From Acidimicrobiales bacterium (lineage in GTDB: Bacteria > Actinomycetota > Acidimicrobiia > Acidimicrobiales > SZUA-35), in contig CBDCGP010000058.1 of assembly GCA_965216655.1 (NCBI GenBank), positions 9,593 to 73,592 on the forward strand: a DNA stretch of 64,000 nucleotides, in the 5' to 3' direction. Position 1 is the stretch's first letter. Each line of letters starts with the position of its first letter. Below, piece after piece: positions 38,501 through 51,058 of the stretch. The notes under the pieces are model-generated. The model searched no databases and had not been told where the DNA came from. It saw nothing but the letters and a program-made list of their open reading frames with translations. The position numbers and the translations under genes are program-made.

Positions 38501-39688
38501 TTACGCGAGTTCCCAATGGCCCAGGTGCGCATCGAGTGCATCTCTGAAGCCTTCATATCGGCCGAGGTTCGTTTCCCGGAGCCTCGACAGAAAGCCTCCT
38601 GTCGCACGAGCAGAAAGCGGGTCAGTGTCAGGCACGGATAGGAGGTCCCGCAAATGAAGATACGGCTCCACCCGCGGATACTCCGAAGCAAACACCTCGG
38701 ACGCCGTATCGGTCGAGCCCATTGCCGCCTTTGGCCATGACCCCGACCGATGCCACGGACGGTAATCGACCACCGGATCCGCCGGATCAGAGATACGCTC
38801 GCCAAGCCACTCCGCCACACCGACCGTTACAGCGTTGCCCACGAGCTTCCACCTAGATCCAGGCTGGCTGGCGAGCACCTCGGTAGCGGTGTGTCCCCGC
38901 TTGAATCCCTGGAGTGCCTCGGCGTCTTCGATCGTCGGCTTGACGAATTGGCGACCAGCGGACTCGTGACGTAACCAGACGGCGGGCGGCGACGGGATAC
39001 CGAGACCTGATCCACCTTTCAATGTCGGAATCGCATCCTGCGCCCAACCCAGTCCTCGTCGTCCCTCGGTCCAGTAGAAACCAAAGGCGTCATCTCGGTA
39101 TCGGTCGGCCGGCGGCTCCCCTTGGTCGTCGGCGAACAACACCATAGATGGGTCCAACTCAGTCGATGCATAGAGGAACACCCGGCGGCGCCTCTGTGGC
39201 ACGCCGGTGAATCGACTGTCGACCGTGCGATACGCCCACCGATAGCCGAGAGCTTCGCATCGAGCGATCAATACCTGCATCGCCCGACCTTTCCCCAGCA
39301 CGAGCATGTTCGCCACGTTCTCGAGAAGCAGATCTGGCAGCGGGCGTCTGTCCTGGCGGATCTCTTCCAGAAGATCGAAGACGTGGAGGATCAGTCGAGA
39401 GTTGGCTCCGTGGATGCCGTCGGTGCGCCCGACTTGGGACAGATCTGTGCATGGAAATCCTGCCGTGATCAGATCGACCTCATCAGGAATGTCCGCCGGT
39501 GTGAGCGTCGCCACGTCGGGATGAACAGGAACACGACGGAAGCGGTCGCTCGATCGGAGCACCTCGACGGCAGGCTTCCAGCTCTCGCAGAGCATCGAGG
39601 TCGTGTGGCCTGATCGGCTCAAGCCGAGTTCGAAGCCTCCGATACCAGCAAAAATGCCTGCTATTCGTCGTCCCCCGGCGGCCTGCAT
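38501..39688 (-). CDS. dcm: C5 DNA cytosine methyltransferase
   Basis: Motif I FAGIGG, motif IV GFPC, motif VI ENV, motif VIII PQRRRR, motifs IX/X LQGF and GNAV. Confidence 0.92.
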   Translation of the reverse strand: MQAAGGRRIAGIFAGIGGFELGLSRSGHTTSMLCESWKPAVEVLRSSDRFRRVPVHPDVATLTPADIPDEVDLITAGFPCTDLSQVGRTDGIHGANSRLILHVFDLLEEIRQDRRPLPDLLLENVANMLVLGKGRAMQVLIARCEALGYRWAYRTVDSRFTGVPQRRRRVFLYASTELDPSMVLFADDQGEPPADRYRDDAFGFYWTEGRRGLGWAQDAIPTLKGGSGLGIPSPPAVWLRHESAGRQFVKPTIEDAEALQGFKRGHTATEVLASQPGSRWKLVGNAVTVGVAEWLGERISDPADPVVDYRPWHRSGSWPKAAMGSTDTASEVFASEYPRVEPYLHLRDLLSVPDTDPLSARATGGFLSRLRETNLGRYEGFRDALDAHLGHWELA

Positions 39689-39739
39689 GCCCGCTACTGT
39701 AGAACGGGTTGCTATGCGCCGAGGGGGACGGGGCGAAGA

Positions 39740-40213
39740 ATGCGGCGATACAGCGACGAATCCTCGATGACAACGGAGCTCACGACCACCCTAGGAACAT
39801 CGCGGCGACTGAGCAAGCAGCAGCGTCGGGATACGACGCCGGAGCTGGCCATCCGGCGCTCCCTTCATGCCCGTGGTTTTCGATATTTCGTCGACCGACG
39901 GCCCGTGCCCGAACTCCGCACAAGGGCTGATCTCGTGTTCGTGTCAGATCGAGTCGCGGTCTTCGTCGACGGTTGCTTCTGGCACGGATGCCCTGATCAC
40001 GCAACCAGTCCCCGCAACAACGCCGACTGGTGGCGGGCCAAGCTCGACGCGAACAAGCAACGAGATCGTCGCAGCACCGAGGCGCTCGAGGCTGCCGGAT
40101 GGGCGATCGTTCGTATCTGGGAGCACGAAGATCCGGCGGAGGCCGCGGACCGCATAGCTGACACGATCTACAGTCGCCGCAGGGATCGGCGCGAGGAGGG
40201 ACCAGCGACATGA
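39740..40213 (+). CDS. vsr: Very short patch repair endonuclease
   Basis: RDT.PELA.R..LHARG.RY, AD.VF, AVFVDGCFWHGCP.H, N..RD, GW..VRIWEHE. Confidence 0.92.
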   Translation: MRRYSDESSMTTELTTTLGTSRRLSKQQRRDTTPELAIRRSLHARGFRYFVDRRPVPELRTRADLVFVSDRVAVFVDGCFWHGCPDHATSPRNNADWWRAKLDANKQRDRRSTEALEAAGWAIVRIWEHEDPAEAADRIADTIYSRRRDRREEGPAT

Positions 40214-43200
40214 ACCGAACGACGCCCGAACAGGGCCAACTCGTTCACGTCCGCAACCGTGATTGGTCCGTTCTCGACGTTCGACCGTCGACACTCCCGG
40301 CCCCTGAGGGTGCGCCGGCGGACTGGAAGCCACAGAACGTAGTCCATCTGACGTCGATCGAGGACGATGGTTTCGGCGAGGAACTGGAGGTGGTCTGGGA
40401 GATCGAACCCGGCGCCCGCATCGAGGATTCGTCGGCCAGCCTGCCCGATCCCAGGAACGGCTTCGACGATCCGACGACCTTCGAGGCCTATCTCCACGCG
40501 GTGCAATGGGGCGCAATCAGCCAGTTCGACCTCGACGCCCAGACCGGTGATGCCGGCCGACTTCAAGCCCCATTCCGCAGCGGCATCCACGTCCAGGACT
40601 ACCAGCTCGATCCTCTGGTTCGGGCACTACAGATGCCCCGAGTCAATCTGCTGATCGCCGACGACGTCGGACTCGGCAAGACGATCGAATCCGGACTCGT
40701 GGCGCAAGAACTCGTACTCCGTCACCGAGCCCGTCGAATCCTGATCTTGTGCCCGGCCGGTCTCCAGGTCCAGTGGCGTGAACAGATGCGAGACAAGTTC
40801 GGACTCGACTTCAGGATCCTCGACTCGGCGCTCATGCGAGACCTTCGACGGCAACGAGGGATTCACGTCAACCCATGGGGGCACCACCCCCGCCTCATCG
40901 TTTCGATGGACTACGTCAAGCGAACGCGGCCGATGCACCTGTTCCGCCAGGCGACTCGACGCTCCGACGGCCGCATTCTGCCCCGTTGGGGTGACCTGCT
41001 GATTCTCGACGAAGCGCACAACGTCGCTCCGTCCGGAACCGCAAACTACGTGAAGGCCAGTGATCGTACGAAAGCGATCCGGGAGATCGTGCAGCACTTC
41101 GAACACAAGCTGTTCCTCACCGCTACTCCCCACAACGGCTACCAGGACAGCTTCACGGCCTTGCTCGAGATGCTCGACGACCAACGTTTCGCTCGTGGCG
41201 TGATGCCGGAGCCCGACCAGCTCCACCAGATCATGATCCGCCGCTTGAAGTCGGAGTTGAAGAAGAACTGGGATGGGTCGAGCCGCTTCCCGGAGCGGAA
41301 CATCCAACCAATCGAGGTCGAGTACTCCGACGCCGAGATCGAGCTGCACGCTCTTCTGCAGCGCTACAGCGACGCCCATTCGAAGAGCGACGAGACCACT
41401 GAGGGCGTCGCCAGTGGATTCGTTCTGAAGACGCTGAAGAAGCGTCTGTTCTCGAGCCCCCAGGCCTTCGCCAGCACACTCCAGAAACATCACGACCGCG
41501 TCATGGGTTTGCTGGATGATGACGACGGCGACCGCGCAGCCGAGCGGCCAGCGCCACTGAAACGGTTCCTCCAGCAGGCCGAAGACGAGGTGGCAGCCGA
41601 CGACGAAGAAGCCGAGCAGACACTCGCTGACACCGTCGAAGTCGCCACCAAGCAGATGACCCTCGACGACGAGAAGGTCGATCTTCTGCAGACGCTCCGC
41701 AAGAAAGCCGATGCAGCCGCTAACCGACCCGGCGCAAAGGTCACGGCACTCATCGATTGGCTCGATGCCAATATCCGGCCCGACGGCGAGTGGTCCGACG
41801 ACCGGGTCATCATCTTCACCGAGTACCGAGCCACGCAGAACTATCTCCATCAGCATCTTGCCAACCACGGCTTCACCGAGGACGGCCGGCTCCGACTGAT
41901 GTTTGGCGGGATGGACCTCGACGACCGGGAGAGGATCAAGAAGGCGTTTCAGGCTCATCCGTCCGAGGAGGGCGCCGAGGTACGGATCCTGTTGGGCGAC
42001 CGACACCGCCAGCGAAGGCATCGACCTGCAGAACCACTGTTCGAATCTCATCCACATCGAGATTCCCTGGAACCCGAACGTGATGGAACAGCGAAACGGT
42101 CGCATCGACCGCTACGGGCAACAGCGGAGCCACGTCGACATCTTCCACTTCGTCCCTGCCGGCTACGATCACGATGCACCAGATCCGGATGCCGATCCTG
42201 GTGATCTGGCCGGCGACCTCGAGTTCTTGTATCGGGCCGTGAGGAAGGTCGATCAGATCCGCGAGGATCTCGGGAAGGTCGGACCGATCATCGCCGATCA
42301 GGTCGAAGAGGCACTGGTGGGAGGCAATCGGGCCCGTCTCGACACTCGTCACGCCGAAGAGGGAGAGCGTCTCGACCGGGAGTTCCTCAAACGAGAACGC
42401 GAGTGGGACACCTATATCGCCGACTTGCGGTCTCGGCTGCAGGCGACCCAGCGGGAACTCGATCTGAGCCCCGAAGCAGTTGCGGATGTCGTGCACGTCG
42501 GGTTGGCGCTGGCCAAACAACCGGCTCTGGAAATAGTCGAGGTCGAGGGTCTCGAATCTGGTACGGCCTGGCGGGTACCTCACCTACGAGGTTTCTGGCA
42601 GCGGCTGTTAGAAGGTCTGGAGGAGCCGCACTCCGGGCGTATCAGGCCGATCGTGTTCGACCAACGTGTGGTCGACAAACGATCAGATGTCGTGCTCGCG
42701 CATCTCAACCATCCGCTCGTACAGCGCTGCCTTCGTCTCCTCCGAGCCAACGCATGGTCTTCTGCATCCACCGATCTGCGACGGGTGGCCGTGCAGGTGG
42801 TCGATGATGCGACCTTGGAGGCGCCGGCGGTCATCGGATTCGGCGGCTCGTGGTGCTCGGTGGTGATGCCCAGCGCATTCACGAGGAGATCGTCTCGGCC
42901 GCGGAACGATCACCGAGGGTCGCTTCCGTCGTTTCGACACGCGGGGCGAACTCGACCGTGTCGTGCAGTCCATGATCGACGGCCGCGTCGACGATTCGGT
43001 CACCGACACCCTGGCCGGCCTCTGGGACAAGCTCGCACCTGGAGTGGATGCAGCACTGGAAGCTCGTGAGCGCGAGCGTACAGAAACACTCGAGAACCGT
43101 CTGGCCACAAGGAGAGAGCGAGAGATCGCCGACGTGAATTCGGTGATGAACGAGCTGCAGCGCCGAATCGAAGAAGAGCTGGCGGAGCCCGAGGGTCAGC

Positions 43201-43400
43201 TCGAACTCTTCACGGTCGACGAACGCCTGCGCCACGACCACGATGTCGAGGCGCTCCAGGCTCGTCTCATCGCGATCCCTGACGAGATCGAGCGCGAGAC
43301 CGAACGAATCCGCCGAAGGTACGCCGAAGCTGATCCTCGCCTGTTCCCATTCGCTCTGGTGTTTGTCGTTCCGCGCTCGATTGCCGGAGGGTGGGGCTGA
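40210..43400 (+). CDS. drmD: DISARM SNF2-like helicase, frameshifted near 41996 and 42845-42900
   Basis: PEQGQLV.VR, YQLDP, LLIADDVGLGKTIE, DEAHN, LFLTATPHNG, IFTEYR.TQ, then TD.ASEGIDLQ and PWNP..MEQR.GRIDRYGQ in the next frame. Confidence 0.85.
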
Positions 43401-43402
43401 CG

Positions 43403-46400
43403 GTGTCGGTCGCAGCACACCATGTCGAGTGGTTGTCGGTGATGGACGTGTCTGGCCCGTTTCTGTCGGTTCCCGTATTGAAGGAAGTGTTACCGAACGG
43501 CTGGACGAGCACGATCCCCACATCGCAGCCGAGTTGCGGGCAGCCCTCGAGCAATGGGACGATGGCCTCCCCGAGTTCGGATGGGCCGACACCTCGGAGT
43601 CCATCTGGCATTCGTCCGGTTCGTGTTGGTCGAAGTACTGGGATTTCAGCCAGATGTGTTGCAGTGGGACGATACGACCCTGGCCGCTCACACCTATGAG
43701 GTTCCAGGCGTGGGAACAGTTTCCCCTGACGCAGTCGTGATCGATGGTGATGAGCCACTGATGCTTGTCGCGATTCATGCTCGAGATCAACTGGTGGATG
43801 CACCCTGAAGGTTGGGAACAGTCTCGCCGCACGAACGGATGGCGTCACTGCTGAGAGCGTCGGGAGTGCGGGTTGGGGTGGTAACCAACGGCGACGGCTG
43901 GACTCTTGTGTCTCAGCAATACGGAAACGGTCCGGGTTTTGCCACTTGGTGGGCATCGTTGTGGGCTGAGGAGAATCACTCTCCAATCGTTCCGCACCTT
44001 GCTAGGTCAAGACCGATTTCTGACAATGGGCGAGGACGAAACTGTTACTGCGCTACTCGATCGATCGGCGGAGGATCAGCGTGAGGTCACTACCAAGCTC
44101 GGTAGCCAAACACTGGAAGCAGTAGAGATCCTCATCCGCACGATCGACGGAATTGACCAGGAAGGCGGTGGCGAGCTGCTTCGGGAGGTCGAGAACCAGC
44201 ACGGTATTGCTGAGCTCTACGACGCTGCCGTCACGGTGATGATGCGGCTGATCTTCTTGTTCTACGCCGAGGAGAACGAGCTACTGCCGATGTCCGAGCC
44301 ATTGTATGTCGAACGATACGCGGCATCATCACTTCGCGAACGTCTGCAGGCGGTCGCCGATCTACACGGGGAAGAGCTGTTGGAGTGCACCTACGACGGC
44401 TGGGCAAGGTTATTGTCGACGTGGCGTGCTGTGTACGGCGGGGTCGAACACTGCGACATGCGGCTGACCGCCTACGGCGGCAGCCTGTTCGACCCAGACC
44501 GCTACCCGTTCCTCGAAGGCCGCCAACCCGGCTCGTCGTGGGCTGACAGCAACGCAGATCCGTTGAAGATCGACAATCGAACGGTCCTCCACCTACTGAA
44601 CGCCTTGCAGACCCTCGACGAAAGCGGCCAGCGTCGGAAACTTTCGTTCCGAGGCACTCGATGTGGAACAGATCGGCCACGTCTACGAAGGCATGCTCGA
44701 CCACACTGCGAGTCGAGCGAACGGTTGGGTTCTCGGACTATCCGGAACTGGCGGCCGAGAGCCTGAGATCGAACTCGACGATCTCGAACGGCTCGACGAC
44801 GACGCCTTGCTATCGCTCTTGAAAGACAAGACAGGGCGAGGAACGGCGACGACCGAAAAGTGGATGACTGGGGACCAGCCGGACAAGGCCGTCGCCAGGT
44901 TCGGAGCAACGTGGCCTTCGGCATTTGACGGCACGACAACGGAGTTGCGTGTAAAGCGGTTCGCAAAGCTCATTCGACCCGACTCCACCGGTGGGCCAAC
45001 TGTGTTCCAACCAGGCAGCGTCTATGTCGCAGACTCCTCTCATCGCGGAGCAACTGGAACCCATTACACCCCACGTTCTCTCACCGAAGAGATCATCAAA
45101 CACACACTCGACCCACTCGTTTACGACGGACCGTCCGAAGGCAAACCCGAATCCGACTGGACACTGCGAACGCCTGAAGAAATCCTCGACCTGAAGATCT
45201 GCGACCCTGCCTGTGGATCCGGCGCCTTCTTGGTCCAAGCCTGCCGGTACCTCGCCGATCATCTCACCGAAGCTCAACGAACCCACGGACAACGCACCGG
45301 ACCGATCACCGACTACGAGATAACCCAAGCCAGACGACTCATCGCCGAAAACTGTCTACACGGCGTCGACATCAACCCCATGGCCACCGAAATGGCCAAA
45401 CTCAGCCTCTGGCTCATCACACTCGCCCACGATCAGCCCTTCTCATTCTTGGATGATCGGATAGTGTGCGGAGACAGCCTCACGGGGCTGACGAGCCTCG
45501 ATCAACTAGCCGGTCTCTCGCTGTCCGGAACAAACCCTGCAGTCGCGTCGCTCTGGGTCTCGAGGGCGGAGTCCCGAGGTCGAGGAAGCCGTGCGCCTGT
45601 TTGCTGAACTCCGGGCAATCCGAAGTGACTCTCCTGCCGATGCTCAGATGAAGAGCAGCCGGCACGATGCGTTGGCCGAGAGAGTGGTGCCTCTGATGCG
45701 GGCAGCCGACACGCTGTGTCGATTGACGGCCGCTGGGCTGTCTAGCGGCCGCCTCGATCAGGACGCTCTGGCCGCATCTGTGGTGGGAGCGTTCGACGAC
45801 GCAACATCTCCAGCAGAAGGGTCTCGGGTTCATTGGCCACTGGCATTTGCGGACATCTTCGCCCGAGAGAACCCGGGCTTCGACGCCGTGATCGGGAATC
45901 CGCCATTTTCTCTCCCAGGCGTCGGCGGCGACAGCGACCAGCCCCACTGAGATCGAATTCCGCAAGCTGAATCTCGGCGGAGGAATCACCGCAACCAGCG
46001 ATACGGCATCTCATTTCCAAGCACTGGCCCTCACCCTGCTACGCACAGGTGGCCTGTCCGGACTGGTTCAGCCTGATTCCCTGCTTTCGGCCAAAGGCAG
46101 TGAAGCACTCCGACGAGTGGTGACCGACGAGCACGTTCTCGCTCATCTCTGGGTTGCAGGCGAGAAGGTTTTCGAGGCTTCGGTGATGGTTTGCGCTCCT
46201 ATCGTGCAGAAGCTGTCGGTCCATGGTCAGCCACTACGCCGTTGGATGGGTCGGAATTGGAGGCCAGTCCCACCTTTGAACCATTCGCAGGTTCGGCGGT
46301 CAACTGGGAACTGGGCTCCATTGATAGCCGAAGCCTTTGGGATTCCTTTAATCAAATCGACGTCCGCCAAGGCGATTGGCGACTACTGCAGCACGACAGC

Positions 46401-47059
46401 CGATCATATTGATCAGTACTACGGTTTGGCCGGGCATGTTGTAGAGGCCGAACTCGGCAAAGTCCACGAGGCACGGCTGATAACGGTTGGTCTGATCGAC
46501 CTTGCCAACAACAGGTGGGGTCGGGCTTCGACCAAGTACAACAAGTCCAGTTTCGATGTCCCCATAGTCGATCTGCACTCACTCGGAGCCGATGACCCAG
46601 CGCTGGCGCAGTGGGCGGAACGGCGTCTCATTCCGAAGGTGCTCGTTGCTACGCAAACGAGAGTGATCGAGGCAATCGTCGACGAAAGAAGGAACTCTCT
46701 TGCCGTCAGTGCCGGTTCTCACGGTTGTACCACGGGATGTTCCGCTCGCTCACGCGGCCGCAGCAGTGGCAAGTCCGATTTCAGCGGCTCTTGCGGCACG
46801 GGAGTCACTTGGATCGGCACTCTCGAGCGATGCGATCAAGATCTCAGCGAAGCAGCTTGCTGCCCTACCCGCACCCGATGAAGGGGAGGCTTGGGATCGA
46901 GGTGCTCAGCACTTTGCTCTGGCGACCAATGCATCGTCCCCGGCTGAGTGGCGGGCGGAGCTCGTAGCGATGGGCTCGGCGATGTGTGATGCGTACCGGA
47001 TCGCTGAGCGCACCGAGCTGTTGAACTGGTGGACGCACAGAATTCCGGGTTGGCGATGA
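43403..47059 (+). pseudogene. drmMI: DrmMI-like adenine methyltransferase (type IIG/Eco57I-like), copy 1, many frameshifts
   Basis: H.EWLS..DVSGPFL, MRLIFLFYAEE, YGGSLFDPDRYPFLEG, EQIG.VYEG, TG.HYTP, DPACGSGAFL, GNPPF, spread over several frames. Confidence 0.75.
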
Positions 47060-47078
47060 TTCAGGGGAAGGCTGGTTG

Positions 47079-50000
47079 ATGGCATCAATCGCTGCACATC
47101 ATGCGGAGTGGTTGTCGTTGATGGACGTGTCGGGCCCGTTTCTGTCGGTTCCGGTGTTGAAGGAAGCGTTGCCGAACGGACTGGACGAGCACGATCCACA
47201 CATCGCAGCCGAGGTTCGAGCGGCGCTCCAGCAATGGGACGATGGTCTGCCTGAGTTCGGATGGGCCGACACGACAGACATCCATCTGGCATTCGTCCGA
47301 TTCGTAATGAGCGAGGTACTGGGATTCCGAGCCGGATTTGCTGCGGTGGGACGATGCGACCCTGGCCGCTCACACCCATGAGATCCCCGGGCTCGGGGCA
47401 ACGGCACCAGATGCGATCGTGGTCGACGGCGACGAGCCGCTGATGCTGATTGGTATTCATGACCGATACCAGCCGGTGGATGCTCCATTGGAAGGCTTGG
47501 GAGCGACATCGCCGCAGGACCGAATGGTGGCGTTGCTGAAGGCGTCGGATGTTCGGGTCGGGCTGGTGACCGACGGTGAGCGTTGGACGTTGGTGTCGCA
47601 ACGCGACGACGACAATCCTGGCTATGCGACCTGGTGGTCCTCGTTGTGGTCGGAAGAGAAGATCACTCTCCAAGCATTCCGCACCTTGCTCGGTCAGGAT
47701 CGGTTCTTCACCCTCGGGCAAGACGAGACAATTGTTGCCTTGTTGGACCGGTCGGCTGAGGATCAGCGTGAGATCACCACCAAACTCGGCAATCAGACCC
47801 TCGACGCCGTGGAGATCCTGATCCGTACGATCGATCGGATCGACCAAGAGCGCGGTCGCGAGCTGCTACAGCAGGTGGAAGCCGAGCACGGGATCGCCGA
47901 GTTGTACGACGCAGCGGTCACCGTGATGATGCGGCTGATCTTCTTGTTCTACGCCGAGGAGAACGAGCTGCTGCCGATCGCCGAGCCGCTTTACGTCGAA
48001 CGATACGCGGCATCATCGCTTCGCGAACGTCTGCAGGCGGCTGCTGATCTCCACGGCGAGGAGGTATTGGAGACCACTTACGATGGCTGGGCCAGGTTGT
48101 TGTCGACGTGGCGTGCGGTGTACGGGGGGGGTCGAGCACGGCGACATGCGATTGGCCGCCTACGGAGGCACCCTGTTCGACCCAGACCGCTACCCGTTCC
48201 TCGAGGGCCGCCAACCGGGCTCGTCGTGGGTCGAGGACGAGGCCGATCCGTTGGAGATCGACAACCGTACGGTCCTCCACCTTCTTAACGCCTTGCAGAC
48301 CCTCGATGAAGGTGGCCAGCGTCGGAAGCTGTCGTTTCGAGCACTCGATGTCGAACAGATCGGCCACGTCTACGAAGGCATGCTCGACCACACGGCAACC
48401 CGAGCCGAAGGGTGGGTGATTGGTCTTTCCGGCACGGGGGGCAGAGAGCCCGAGATCGAGCTCGATCATCTCGAAGCACTGGATCATGACGCTCTGCTAG
48501 ACCTTCTGAAGGACAAGACCGGGCGAGGCATCAAAACAACCGAGAGATGGATGGCCGGCGACCAACCCGCCAATGCTATTGCGAAATTCGGGACCGCCTG
48601 GTCACCTGCCTTCGACGGTCCCCACACGGAGGAACGGGTCAGACGGTTCGCCAAACTCATTCGACCCGACTCCACCGGAGCACCCACGGTTTTCCAACCA
48701 GGCAGCGTCTATGTCGCAGACTCCTCTCATCGCGGAGCAACCGGAACCCACTACACCCCACGCACCCTCACCGAAGAGATCGTCAAACACACACTCGACC
48801 CACTCATCTACGACGGACCGTCCGAAGGCAAACCCGAATCGGCCTGGACACTGCGAACACCGGAGGAGATCCTCGACCTGAAGATCTGCGACCCAGCCTG
48901 CGGATCCGGCGCCTTCTTGGTCCAAGCCTGCCGCTACCTCGCCGACCACCTCACCGAAGCTCAACGAACCCACGGACAACGCAGCGGACCGATCACCGAC
49001 GACGAAATCACCCAAGCACGGCGACTCACCGCCGAGAACTGCCTCCACGGCGTCGACATCAACCCCATGGCTTGCGAAATGGCCAAACTCAGCCTCTGGC
49101 TCATCACACTCGCCCGCGATCAGCCATTCTCGTTTCTCGACCACGCCATCCGAACGGGCGACAGCCTGCTCGGTGTTGGGTCGGCTCAGGATCTCGTCAC
49201 CTCGCTCAACTCAGGCGCTGGAACGTTGTTCGATCTCAGACCGTTCATCGACGATGAACTCGAGGCGATGGCCGAAGTAACGGAGCGTATTCGGGCCGAG
49301 TCCACATCGAGCATGGAGACCCGCCGAACAAAAGAGCGCTTGTTCGCCTCTCAGGAGGAACGCTCGGCGGTTCTCGCTGCGCTCGCCGACGTCGCCACGC
49401 TCAAGTCACTTGTCCGCGCCGTGGAGGGATCTGTCGCTCCTGGGTTAGTCGATGATCCGATTCACCGAGCCTTCACCGCTAACATCGATGTCGCAGACGA
49501 CATCAAACGCTTGGCTGCCAGCTTGGAGGAGAGACTGAGAGCGCGGGGCGAGAAGGACGTCATCGTGCGTCCTCGACTCCATTGGTTCATAGCTTTCCCG
49601 CATGTCGCTGGCGGTCGTTTCGATGCCATCGCCGGAAATCCTCCTTTCGTTGCAGGGACAGATCTGTTGCCAACGCTGGGGCGAGCCTTCAGAGAACACC
49701 TAGTCAGGGACCATGGCTATGGTGTGCGTGGACGTCGAGGACAGATAGACCTGTGCGTCTACTTCGTTCTCAGGGCTGTCGCCCAGACCCGCGCCGGCGG
49801 CCGTATCGGCCTGGTAGCGGTGAATACAATAAGCGAAGGCGATTCGCGACAAGTCGGGCTCGAACAGATCGTGAAGGATCACTCGATATATCGAGCGATC
49901 AGGAGCGAGCGATGGCCAGGGGTCGCCAGCCTCGAGATCGCGAAACTTTGGATAGGACCCAAGGACGTACCTGAAACTGTCCTCGATGGCCTGCACGTCT

Positions 50001-51058
50001 CTCGAATCGGGCCTGACCTTCGGGCCGTCGGCCAAGTCACTGGCAGAGCGCAGCGGTTGGCGTTTCGACAAGGCCGACAGTCAAAGGGGTCGCAACCGTT
50101 GGGAACTGGATTCATCCTCGATCCCATCGAAGCCGACCAGATCCTCCAGAGCGCTCCAAACGAGAGCGAGGTGATCAGACCGTTCCTCAACGCACAGGAT
50201 CTCAACTCCCGACCCGGCAGCACGCCGAGTCGTTACATCATTAACTTCGGCGAACTATCCGAGGAGGAGTCTCGCCGTTACGAGAATGCGTTTCGTATCG
50301 TGGAGGAGCGAGTCAAGCCTGAACGGCTTGCCGCTGGCAACGACGGTTGGCGTGCTCGAGTATTCGACCGATGGTGGCAGTTCGAGGCACCAAGGACCGA
50401 GATCTACCACTGGGCCAAGGAACTTGGCGGACTCACTGCTATTGCCGGTGTTAGTAATACTGTCATGCCCCAGCGCGTGGCGCAGAACGTAGTTCTGTCG
50501 CAGGCGCTCTTCGTATTCCGAACCACAAAACTGCGTGACCTCGCGCTACTCTCAAGCGCTCCGCACTATTGGTGGACCGAGAAGCAGTGTTCGTCCATGC
50601 GAACAGACATTCGATACACGCCGACTGAGATCTTCGAGACACTTCCTTCAATAGATCTCTCGGATTCGGCAGGCGAGCAGATGCAGGTCATCCTCGACAC
50701 TCGAGCTGAGATCGGAGAGCGTGTCGGGCTCGGTCTGACGGCGATCTACAAACGCGTCGCAGACCCTTCGGATGGCGATCCTTTGATTCAGATCCTTAGG
50801 GACGCACATGCTGCGATCGACGAAACTTGCATTCGATCACTAGGCATCACCACGGACCTACGCCACGATCACTACGAACATGAGTACGGGAGGCGGTTCA
50901 CCCCCCATCCTGAGGTGCGGTTGCAGGTGCTGGACCGCCTGCTCGAGCTGAACTTCGAGACATTCGAGGCCGAACTAGAGCAGGGTCTTCATGACGGAGC
51001 AAGGGCGCGCTGGGTTGAAAGCGACGGAGTCAGAGAGCTCGTGGTGGAAGGCTCGTGA
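47079..51058 (+). CDS. drmMI: DrmMI-like adenine methyltransferase, copy 2, frameshifted near 47330 and 48124
   Basis: Same motifs as copy 1; DPACGSGAFL and GNPPF are followed by a long specificity-type region (TNTI.EGD-like, WWQF, RYTP..FET, L.RLL.LN). Confidence 0.82.

Noticed and set aside
38033-38641. 202-aa plus-strand ORF between sigma-2 and dcm
   Set aside because: No motifs, atypical composition and overlap with the 3' end of dcm.
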